Shown here one piece after another: positions 51,626-59,556 of a DNA stretch of 64,000 nucleotides. How positions within the stretch are numbered: position 1 is the stretch's first letter; each line of letters opens with the position of its first letter. A program made the translations under genes and the position numbers. The stretch is from Acidimicrobiia bacterium (GTDB lineage Bacteria; Actinomycetota; Acidimicrobiia; Acidimicrobiales; JANYDT01). The notes beneath the pieces are model-generated. The model had not been told where the DNA came from. It worked only from the letters and a program-made list of their open reading frames with translations, and did no database searches. The stretch covers positions 1,244 through 65,243 of the forward strand of contig JANMZO010000145.1 in the NCBI GenBank assembly GCA_031383405.1. The letters run 5' to 3'.

Positions 51626-53506
51626 TTGCCCACGATGTCCCCCGGTGCCGAACCATCCGTAACAGGACGCTCGAGCCTCGATTTGAAAGCCCGACGACTC
51701 CGCGACAGGTTGCGGATCGCCGTCCAACCCGTGTTGGCGGGGATCGCCGTCCTCACGCTCGTCTTCGGCAGTATCGGATACCACACGTACCTTTCACGTC
51801 ACGGGCTCCCAGCGGGTCCGGTCGATGTCGCGTACGCCCAACTCGACCTCTTCCGTCTCGGAAACCGCCCGGACGGTGCTCTCCCGTGGACCTTGCAGGT
51901 CGCGAGGGCGCTTGTCCCGATAGTGGTTGGCTACGGGTTCTTTCGAGCGACGTTCGCGCTGTTTCGCGAGCGGGTCGACCGTTTGCGCCTGCAGACCCGA
52001 AGCGGCCAGGTGCTCGTCATTGGGACCGGTCCGGTGGTTCGCGACTTTGCGACCGCTATGCGGCGTCTGCATCCCAAGATTGTCGTCCTGCGGCACGAAC
52101 CGGACACGGCCCTGAGCCCGGGTTCGCTTCTCCGGGGGACGCTGAGCTTCCGGGGAGACGCCACGGTCGCGGAGGTCGTCGAGGAGGCGGGGCTCGGGCG
52201 GGCGACGACCGTGGTTGTCTTAACCGACGACGATTCACTGAATCTGACCCTGGTTCTTCGCGCGCGAAGCCGCGCCGCTGCGGCGGGTGTCGCGGTTCGT
52301 GCCGTTGCTGCCGTGAGCCGCGCTGAGCTCTGCCGGAGCCTACGGGTCGACGCGCTGAACGACGCGAACAACCGGTGCTCCGTCGACTACATCAACACGG
52401 CCGAACTCACCGCCCGCACCATCGTCGCGGAACTTCGACGGGTCCTCGACCCTCCCACCCCGACCCGTTCCCCGGCGGCGCCTGCGCGCCGACTGACCAT
52501 TCTCCTCGACGCACCCCCCGTACTTGCCTCCCAGGTTGCGGTTCGCATCGCCCGCGAGGTTGACAACGTCAACAGTGGATCGAACGATGCTCCGGTGTCG
52601 GTCACGGTGAGCTTTGTCGGGGCCGATGCACCCTTCGCCGTGGAGGAGGCCCGCCGGTGGGCGCCCGGTCTCGACGGGACCATCCAACTCGGCGCAACAG
52701 TGGACATCACCACCGGAGACGACCAGATGACGGCGGTGGCGGGTATTGTCCTCGCGAGGGTCGGCGTCGAGTCGATGGCGGAGGCGATTCGTCTGGCCGG
52801 TCGGATGTCCAATGACGGCATCATCGTCGTGGGTGCAGTCGACGCCACGGCGTTGGCGCTCCTCACCCCGCCCGACGACGCTGCGGGCGCCCGTATCGTC
52901 CTGGTCGATACCGGTTCATGGGCCCGTGACCCGGAGCTCGTCATCGGCGGCACGGTTGAACACATCGCTCGCGCGACCCACGAGAACTACCGGGCTGCAT
53001 ACGTCGAGGCATTGACCCTCGACTCCCGTCCGACGGACAGCTCCTCCCCTTCCCGGCCATCGCTGGAGGTCAAGGACATCGCAGGGTTCTCATCGGGTAT
53101 CCCCACCGTGGGGAAATCCGATCCCGCGTTCGTCGCGTGGCCTCAGCTGGCCCCGCACTTCCGGGAGTCCAACCGGGCGCTGGCCCGCAGTGTCGCGGCG
53201 AAGCTCGCCGCGGTTGGTTGCATGCTCGTACCGAGCGGACTTCCGTCTGTCCGCTGGCGGGACGACGAGATCGAACTGCTGGCTCGGCTCGAGCACATTC
53301 GGTGGTGCGACGAACGTCGTTCGGCCGGTTGGCGTCCGGGGCAGCGTGACCCGGCGAGCCGGACGACACCGTTCCTGGTTCCGTGGGAGGAGCTCGATGA
53401 CTCGGCGAGAGAACTTGATCGGGCGGTCGTGAGGGATCTGCCGCGGTTCCTGGCGGACCTTGGCTATGCCGTGCTCCGGGTCTCCCGACCTGCCGTCGAC
53501 AGGTGA
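51626..53506 (+). CDS. Membrane protein: two TM helices with a degenerate K-channel-like pore loop, RCK/TrkA-N-like Rossmann domain(s), and a C-terminal RyR domain
   Basis: TM1 'VLAGIAVLTLVFGSIGY', loop 'VDVAYAQLDLFRLGNRPDG', TM2 'ARALVPIVVGYGFF', and 'VLVIGTGPVVRDF'. RyR: 'LARLEHIRWCDERRSAGWRPGQRDPASRTTPFLVPWEELDDSARELDRAVVRDLPRFLADLGY'. Start is TTG 51626 or ATG 51635. Confidence 0.7.
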   Translation: MPTMSPGAEPSVTGRSSLDLKARRLRDRLRIAVQPVLAGIAVLTLVFGSIGYHTYLSRHGLPAGPVDVAYAQLDLFRLGNRPDGALPWTLQVARALVPIVVGYGFFRATFALFRERVDRLRLQTRSGQVLVIGTGPVVRDFATAMRRLHPKIVVLRHEPDTALSPGSLLRGTLSFRGDATVAEVVEEAGLGRATTVVVLTDDDSLNLTLVLRARSRAAAAGVAVRAVAAVSRAELCRSLRVDALNDANNRCSVDYINTAELTARTIVAELRRVLDPPTPTRSPAAPARRLTILLDAPPVLASQVAVRIAREVDNVNSGSNDAPVSVTVSFVGADAPFAVEEARRWAPGLDGTIQLGATVDITTGDDQMTAVAGIVLARVGVESMAEAIRLAGRMSNDGIIVVGAVDATALALLTPPDDAAGARIVLVDTGSWARDPELVIGGTVEHIARATHENYRAAYVEALTLDSRPTDSSSPSRPSLEVKDIAGFSSGIPTVGKSDPAFVAWPQLAPHFRESNRALARSVAAKLAAVGCMLVPSGLPSVRWRDDEIELLARLEHIRWCDERRSAGWRPGQRDPASRTTPFLVPWEELDDSARELDRAVVRDLPRFLADLGYAVLRVSRPAVDR

Positions 53507-54465
53507 CCTGGTCTGCTTGTCATCTGTACGAAGTATGCAAGATTAGGACCGTGAGTTCAGTAGCGACACCCGCATGCCTCGATCCCGTGGCCCTCCACGA
53601 GTGGCACCCGGTAAGTGCGATCGACGAGATAACGCCCGGCCGACTGCATTGCACCGTGCTCCTCGGCGAGACCGTCAGCTACACACGTGACTGCTCCGGC
53701 CAGCCCTCCATATGGCTGGGTCGCTTCGATCCCGCACATTCGTCGAAGGGTGGCGAGGTCGATCTCAGCCAGGTCACCGAACGGCTTGCCACGAGGGTCA
53801 AGTTCGGTTACCTGTGGACGACGCTGGGTAGCCCCGACCACGAGATCTTCGACATCCCTGAATGCGACGAAGCTGACCGCCGGATTCTCAACGGCGGGAG
53901 TCTGATGGTCAACGTTTCAGCCCCGAGGGCGGTCGAGAACTTTCTTGACATGGGCCACTTTCCGTATGTTCACACCGGGCTCCTCGGCATCGAGCCTCGA
54001 ACCGAGGTCGTCGAGTACAACGTCGAAACCACCGACGATCAGGTCCTCGCAACCGGGTGCAAGTTCTACCAACCGGTGGCGGCCGCCAGTGCCGTCGGCG
54101 GTCAGGTAACCGACTACACCTATCGTGTCCCGCATCCATACTGCGTGATGCTCTACAAGTCGGTGCACGCGGATCCGACCCGTATGGACGTCATCGCCCT
54201 TTTCAACCAACCGATGACCGAGGAACGCATCCGGGCCCACAACTTCCTCGCCATGGTCGATACGGTGAGCTCCGACACCACTCTCAGGCATTTTCAGCAG
54301 CTGATCTTCGGACAGGACAAAACGATTCTGGAGAGTCAGTACCCCAAGCGACTTCCCCTCGACCCTCGGGCCGAGACTCCGATCAGAGCAGACAAAAGCG
54401 CCATCCACTACCGCCGCTGGCTTTCGGCCAAGGGCCTCACATACGGCGTTATCGCGGCTGCGTGA
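53503..54465 (+). CDS. Rieske-less non-haem-iron oxygenase catalytic subunit (NdmC-like architecture); start 53503 or GTG 53551
   Basis: Fe motif 'VENFLDMGHFPYVHTG' and 'IFGQDKTILESQ'. The N-terminal ~100 aa align positionally with a Rieske domain but lack the CxH...CxxH ligands. Confidence 0.75.
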   Translation: MTWSACHLYEVCKIRTVSSVATPACLDPVALHEWHPVSAIDEITPGRLHCTVLLGETVSYTRDCSGQPSIWLGRFDPAHSSKGGEVDLSQVTERLATRVKFGYLWTTLGSPDHEIFDIPECDEADRRILNGGSLMVNVSAPRAVENFLDMGHFPYVHTGLLGIEPRTEVVEYNVETTDDQVLATGCKFYQPVAAASAVGGQVTDYTYRVPHPYCVMLYKSVHADPTRMDVIALFNQPMTEERIRAHNFLAMVDTVSSDTTLRHFQQLIFGQDKTILESQYPKRLPLDPRAETPIRADKSAIHYRRWLSAKGLTYGVIAAA

Positions 54466-54476
54466 TCGGACAGGAA

Positions 54477-56267
54477 ATGACCGCCCCGATGACCCAGTGG
54501 TACCCGGTCGCCCGGAGCGACGACCTCCCCCGACGGCACGTCTATCAGGGACTTCTGCTTGGACGCGAACTCGCCATATGGAGGGCCGATGACGGTTATG
54601 TCAACGTCTGGGAGAACCGGTGCCTTCATCGTGGTGTCCGCCTGACCATCGGCCACAACGAAGGCTGGGAACTTCGCTGCCAATACCACGGCTGGCGCTA
54701 CGCGAACCGGTCCGCGGGCTGCACTTACATTCCGGCGCACCCGGCTGATTCCCCGGCGCGCACAATCTGCAACGCGACCTTCCCGGTGATCGAACGGTAC
54801 GGACTCGTGTGGACCGCCGAAGCACCGATCGGCGGGCCACCTGAAGTTGCGGGTCTGGAAGCTGGATCCCCGTTTGTTCTGCGCAGCCTGCCCGTCAACG
54901 TCGAGCCTTCGGTCGTGCTCGACGCGCTGGCTGGGTACCGCTTCGCCCCTTCGTCGGCGCTGATCGACGCCACGCGTGGCCCGGGTTCTGACACGGATTC
55001 CGAGCTGTCCGTGACCAACCGGGGCGACAGTTGGATCGAACTCACTGCAACACTGGGTGGGGAGTCGAACTCTGTGGTGTTCTTCGTGCAGCCCGTAGAT
55101 TCGGCGAGGTCGGTGATACGAAGTGTGCTTAGCATTTCACCGAACGTCGGATCGATGCTTTCGGTGCTGCGCTACCACGCCGGAAGACTCACCAGATTTC
55201 GTGATGCGCTTGAACACGACGCGGCGAAACGACAACTGCCCGAAGCCATGGTGCCGCGGATCGGTCAGGTCTCACTGGAACTTTCGACCATGCCTGAACG
55301 GTCTCCCGACGGCCGCGCAGGGGCTCTTCTGCGGGTGGTCGTGGCTCGAAAGCGAATGGTCGGCGATGACATAGTTTCTTTGGAACTCGAACCGGTCGAC
55401 GGCCAACTGCCGACCTTCCAGCCCGGGGCCCACATCGATGTGCACTTGCCGAACGGGGTTGTTCGCCAATACTCGCTCGTCAACGGACCCGGTGAGCTGA
55501 GTCACTATGTCATTGGCGTGAAGCTCGAACCGCAATCGCGTGGAGGATCGTCATGGCTGCACGACGCCGTATCGGAAGGTGATCTTCTCGCCATCTCGGA
55601 ACCGCGCAACAACTTCCCGCTGCGCCGAGACTCCTTTCACACGATGCTGATCGCCGGCGGTATCGGCGTCACGCCACTTCTGGCCATGGCTCAGGCCCTC
55701 CACGTGAGTTCTCTCGCTTTCGAACTGCACTACTTCGCCCAGTCGACGGAACACCTGGCCTTCCCGGGAGTACTTGACCGGTTGGGTGACCGGGTCACCG
55801 TCCATCTCGGGCTGACTCCCACCGGCACCGGCGAGGCGCTGCGTTCGCTGCTCGCGAATCCGATGGAAGGCCGCCATGTCTACATCTGTGGCCCCGGCCC
55901 GATGCTCGACACCGCTCGGACGACGGCGGCCGCGGCCGGATGGTCCGATGAGACGGTGCATTTCGAATACTTCAAAAACTCGACGCCGCTCGATACATCG
56001 ACATCGTTCGAAGTGGAACTTGCCCGTTCAGCGCTGACCTTGACGGTGCCCGAGGGTGCGTCGATCATGGAAGTGCTCCGGGCGAACGGTGTTGCGGTGC
56101 CGTCGTCGTGTGAACAGGGAGCGTGCGGCACCTGCGTCGTCGCGGTTCTGGCTGGTACGCCCGAGCATCAAGACGTGTATCTCAACGACTCGGAACGTAC
56201 CGCCGGAGACCGGATGACCATCTGCGTCTCGCGGTCGCGGACCCCTCGACTCGTGCTCGACATTTAG
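54477..56267 (+). CDS. Rieske [2Fe-2S] domain fused to a PDR/VanB-type reductase (FMN/NAD + plant-type ferredoxin), NdmD-like architecture
   Basis: ATG 54477 after GGACAGGAA. Rieske 'CLHRG...CQYHGW', reductase 'RQYSLVNGP' and 'IAGGIGVTPLLAM', C-terminal 'CEQGACGTCVV...ICVS'. The track ORF (54057) includes an unlikely 140-aa upstream extension. Confidence 0.8.
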   Translation: MTAPMTQWYPVARSDDLPRRHVYQGLLLGRELAIWRADDGYVNVWENRCLHRGVRLTIGHNEGWELRCQYHGWRYANRSAGCTYIPAHPADSPARTICNATFPVIERYGLVWTAEAPIGGPPEVAGLEAGSPFVLRSLPVNVEPSVVLDALAGYRFAPSSALIDATRGPGSDTDSELSVTNRGDSWIELTATLGGESNSVVFFVQPVDSARSVIRSVLSISPNVGSMLSVLRYHAGRLTRFRDALEHDAAKRQLPEAMVPRIGQVSLELSTMPERSPDGRAGALLRVVVARKRMVGDDIVSLELEPVDGQLPTFQPGAHIDVHLPNGVVRQYSLVNGPGELSHYVIGVKLEPQSRGGSSWLHDAVSEGDLLAISEPRNNFPLRRDSFHTMLIAGGIGVTPLLAMAQALHVSSLAFELHYFAQSTEHLAFPGVLDRLGDRVTVHLGLTPTGTGEALRSLLANPMEGRHVYICGPGPMLDTARTTAAAAGWSDETVHFEYFKNSTPLDTSTSFEVELARSALTLTVPEGASIMEVLRANGVAVPSSCEQGACGTCVVAVLAGTPEHQDVYLNDSERTAGDRMTICVSRSRTPRLVLDI

Positions 56268-56271
56268 TGCA

Positions 56272-56334
56272 CTGACGCGAAAATGGCCACCGATCTTCAC
56301 GTCCTCGAGACGCCCGTGCCACCGGACAAAATGA
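56272..56334 (+). repeat. Single copy of the dispersed intergenic repeat, locus C
   Basis: CTGACGCGAAAATGGCCACCGATCTTCACGTCCTCGAGACGCCCGTGCCACCGGACAAAATGA: about 7 differences from locus A unit 2. It starts 5 nt after the reductase stop. Confidence 0.85.
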
Positions 56335-56374
56335 CTGAGATGCACGAGGCCGGAGACCGTGAGACCCTGAAAAC

Positions 56375-58189
56375 ATGATCAAGCTCTACGACTACGAACT
56401 TTCGGTCAACTGCTATAAGCAACGGCTGATGATGAACATCCTCAACGTTCCCTTTGCGTCGGTCCTGATCGATTTCTTTCCCGGCTGGGAACACAAGGGC
56501 GAGGCCTTCGCGGCAATCAACCCGCTCGGTCACATTCCGGTGATCGACGACGACGGCTACATCCTTCGAGATGCCCATGCGATTCTCGTGTATCTGGCCA
56601 CCAGATACGACCCGGGCGGTCCTTGGTATCCGACCCGCGAGCCGAAGGTCCTCGGGGAGGTGGCGTCTTGGCTGCTCTTCGCCGAGGGTACGACCAACAC
56701 CGCGTCGGCGGCGCGACTCCACGACACCCTTGACTACCCCTTCGACATCGATACCGTCCGGGCCGGTGCCCATCGGTTGTTTCGCGTGCTCGATGAGCAC
56801 CTGTGGTTCCACGAACAACAGGGCTGCGACTGGGTCGCGTCATCGCCTCACCCGACGATTGCCGACCTGGCCCTCTTCCCGGACATCATGCTCTCCGAAC
56901 AGGGCGGAATCAGCCTGGTCGACTATCCGGCATTGCGCCGCTGGACCGACCGGTTCAAGCGGGTTCCGGGATTCAGCGTGATGCCCGGCATCTACCCGGC
57001 GGCTCCGGATACGTCCGCACAACGAGAGCCCGCCGCGTCGGGCGTACCCGGCCGCGCGGTCAGTATTGCAAGACGTGATGATCCCGACTCCGGAAACGAC
57101 GGTCCCGTGACCCTCGCTTCGGAGGTTGCCCCTGCGTGTTCCCGGGGACCGGACCCGATAGTGAACGAATGGTTTCCGGTGGCCTCGGGTTCGGAGGTAA
57201 CTCCCGGATCGATGCACGCGTTCATGTTGCTCGATGAGCGGTTCGTTCTCCTCTGCGGAAACGACGGCGAGGTTCTCGTGACCCGCGACCGATGTTCGCA
57301 CCGGGGCGCCCAACTGAGTCTCGGGTCCTTCGACGGGGATCGGCTTCAATGCGTCTACCACGGCTGGCAGTTCGATACCGGCGGTGTCTGCCGATTCCAA
57401 CCGGCCCACCCGGATGTGACACCTCCGGAGATAGCCGGGCTGCGACCCGTACACGCAAGATTCGCCTTTGATCTGTGGTGGGTGTGTATCGGCGACGAGC
57501 CACGAAATCTCCCTCTCTACGGAGCATTCGACGGCTATCCCGGTCGCACCACGATCTGTGCTCCGAAGCGGGTGCTGTCGTCAGGTCCTCGTGTTGTGGA
57601 GAACTTTCTTGACATTGCGCACTTCCCGTTCGTTCACGGTGGGTACCTGGGGCGGGTTCCTGAAACCAACGTCGACGACTACGACGTAAGCATCGTCGAT
57701 GGCGAGTTGTTGGCGACGAACTGTCTTTTCTTTCAGCCCCAACCGGGTCCGGCCGGTGGCGGTGGCGGTGTTGTTAGGTACACATATGGTGTGTCGCACC
57801 CGTACGCAGCTCGCCTTGTCAAGATTCCGAGCGAGGCCGACGGCGGCGCCCGTGAGGGTTTTGAGATCATGCTCGTGGTGAGCCCCGAGAGCGAGTGTTC
57901 GAATCGGGCGTGGATGATCACGACGGTCTACAACCCTGATGCCGACCTTTCCGCCTTCAACGCCTTCGGTGCGTTGATCTTTGACCAGGATGTCGACATC
58001 GTGGAATCGCAGCGTCCGTCGCTGCTCCCGCTGGCTCCCACTGATGAAGTGCATCAACGGGCCGATCGGATGAGTCTCGCCTATCGCCGCTGGCTGCTCG
58101 ACCGGGGAATCCGATACGGAACGTCGTTGAACACGGCCGAGCGCCGGAACGGAACCACCGTTCGGCTACCGAACGTTTCGCTTTCATGA
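56375..58189 (+). CDS. Glutathione S-transferase-like domain fused to a complete Rieske non-haem-iron oxygenase
   Basis: GST N-terminal domain 'MIKLYDYELSVNCYKQRLMMN...INPLGHIPVIDDDGYILRDAHAILVYLA'. Rieske 'CSHRG...CVYHGW'. Fe motif 'VENFLDIAHFPFVHGG' and 'IFDQDVDIVESQ'. Confidence 0.8.
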   Translation: MIKLYDYELSVNCYKQRLMMNILNVPFASVLIDFFPGWEHKGEAFAAINPLGHIPVIDDDGYILRDAHAILVYLATRYDPGGPWYPTREPKVLGEVASWLLFAEGTTNTASAARLHDTLDYPFDIDTVRAGAHRLFRVLDEHLWFHEQQGCDWVASSPHPTIADLALFPDIMLSEQGGISLVDYPALRRWTDRFKRVPGFSVMPGIYPAAPDTSAQREPAASGVPGRAVSIARRDDPDSGNDGPVTLASEVAPACSRGPDPIVNEWFPVASGSEVTPGSMHAFMLLDERFVLLCGNDGEVLVTRDRCSHRGAQLSLGSFDGDRLQCVYHGWQFDTGGVCRFQPAHPDVTPPEIAGLRPVHARFAFDLWWVCIGDEPRNLPLYGAFDGYPGRTTICAPKRVLSSGPRVVENFLDIAHFPFVHGGYLGRVPETNVDDYDVSIVDGELLATNCLFFQPQPGPAGGGGGVVRYTYGVSHPYAARLVKIPSEADGGAREGFEIMLVVSPESECSNRAWMITTVYNPDADLSAFNAFGALIFDQDVDIVESQRPSLLPLAPTDEVHQRADRMSLAYRRWLLDRGIRYGTSLNTAERRNGTTVRLPNVSLS

Positions 58190-58232
58190 ATTTGACGCCC
58201 GACTCGGCGCGAGGGGGAACTGTTCCAGTAGC

Positions 58233-59411
58233 TTGTGCGCCATGACTACCACTTCACCTTTCCGACCCCGTCGGATGGCGCTCTTCGGCGCTATCCTTTC
58301 GCTATCACTCATGGCGGCCGGCTGCTCAAGTGACAAGAGCTCCGATACGACCGTCGCTGCTGAAACCACTGCCGTTGCCGCCGACACGACTGCGGCCGCC
58401 GAAACTGCGGCACCTGAAGAAACTGCGGCCGTTGAAACCGCGGCAGCCACCGAAACTGTGGCTGCAGCAGAAACCGCCGCGGCGGCCCCCGCCGCCGCCG
58501 GAGCACCGAAGCTCGGCATGATCTACTCCGCTGAATGGGCCGACGGCTCATGGGGCGAAGCCGCCTTCAACGGGGCGAACGAACTCAAAAAGGCCGGTCT
58601 CGTTTCCGATATCCAGTTGCAGGAGAACGTCCCTCCGGGTGCCGAAGCCGAGCGTGCACTTCGCGCCCTCGCCGAAGCGGGCTTCAACCCGATCATCGCC
58701 CACTCCTTCAATTACGGTGACGACGTGAAGAAGGTGGCTCCCGACTTCCCGAACACCATCTTCTCCTACGCAGGCGGATTTGGCGATGTCGCCAAGAACG
58801 TCGGCGATTACGACCAGCCCTTCTTCGAAGCCTCGTACCTGTCCGGCATCCTGGCTGCGGGGGTAGAGGGCAAGGGCAAAGTGGCCGGAGCCGGTGGATT
58901 CGAAATCCCCGTCTGCTACTCGATGTACGAAGCATTCCTCGCCGGTGCCAAAGAAGTCCTGCCGGCGACTACCGGATCCTTTGTCGCCGTTGGTGACTGG
59001 TACGACGTTCAGAAGGCCAAAGAAGCCGCTCTCGCCCAGAAGTCGGCTGGCGCGACCATGTTCGTCGGATGCGGGCAGGGCCCAACCTTCGGTCAGATCG
59101 AAGCGGCGAATGACGGTGGAGATGTTTCGACCGGGTACGTCGGCGACATGTCGAAGGTCGGCAAGTCGGTGCTTTCGTCGTTCTCCTGGCGTCTCGACAA
59201 GGTCTTCGCCTTGATGGTGGCCGATGTCGCTGCAGGGAAGAAGGACGCGCAGTACTACTCCGTCAGCCTCGGCAACGGCGGCATGGACATGATCATCAGC
59301 CCCGATTGGGCTTCGAAGATTCCGGCCGACACCATGAAGCTGTACGACCAGCGTCTCGGTGAAATCAAGGCCGGTACGTTCAAGGTACCGCTGGTCACGA
59401 AGCGCGCGTAG
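58233..59411 (+). CDS. BMP-family (PnrA/Med-like) ABC transporter substrate-binding lipoprotein
   Basis: Lipobox 'LMAAGCSS', an Ala/Thr/Glu-rich linker, and 'GFNPIIAHSFNYGD' / 'GGFEIPVCYSMYEAFLAGAKE' typical of the BMP family. Confidence 0.8.
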   Translation: MCAMTTTSPFRPRRMALFGAILSLSLMAAGCSSDKSSDTTVAAETTAVAADTTAAAETAAPEETAAVETAAATETVAAAETAAAAPAAAGAPKLGMIYSAEWADGSWGEAAFNGANELKKAGLVSDIQLQENVPPGAEAERALRALAEAGFNPIIAHSFNYGDDVKKVAPDFPNTIFSYAGGFGDVAKNVGDYDQPFFEASYLSGILAAGVEGKGKVAGAGGFEIPVCYSMYEAFLAGAKEVLPATTGSFVAVGDWYDVQKAKEAALAQKSAGATMFVGCGQGPTFGQIEAANDGGDVSTGYVGDMSKVGKSVLSSFSWRLDKVFALMVADVAAGKKDAQYYSVSLGNGGMDMIISPDWASKIPADTMKLYDQRLGEIKAGTFKVPLVTKRA

Positions 59412-59481
59412 GCGCCGAGGTCCATCACGACAGCTGTGGGGAACAACGCCGTTTTCAGGCAATGAAGGTTCGTAGTGGGCA

Positions 59482-59513
59482 GATGCCGGGCGGATGAACG
59501 TCCGCTCGGCATC
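59482..59513 (+). terminator. Intercistronic stem-loop after the binding-protein gene (possible partial terminator or stabiliser)
   Basis: GATGCCGGGCGGA-tgaacg-TCCGCTCGGCATC (13-bp stem, one mismatch) followed by TTCGAGTTTCC. Confidence 0.35.
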
Positions 59514-59556
59514 TTCGAGTTTCCGACCGGTTGCGGTCATTGGAGGGTGCCAAGTA

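Noticed and set aside
54057-54476. 140-aa upstream extension of the Rieske-reductase ORF given in the track.
   Set aside because: It overlaps the 3' end of the preceding oxygenase gene in another frame and is Arg/Pro-rich. 'MTAPMTQWYPVARSDDLP' at ATG 54477 has an SD-like GGACAGGAA and is a typical Rieske oxygenase N-terminus.
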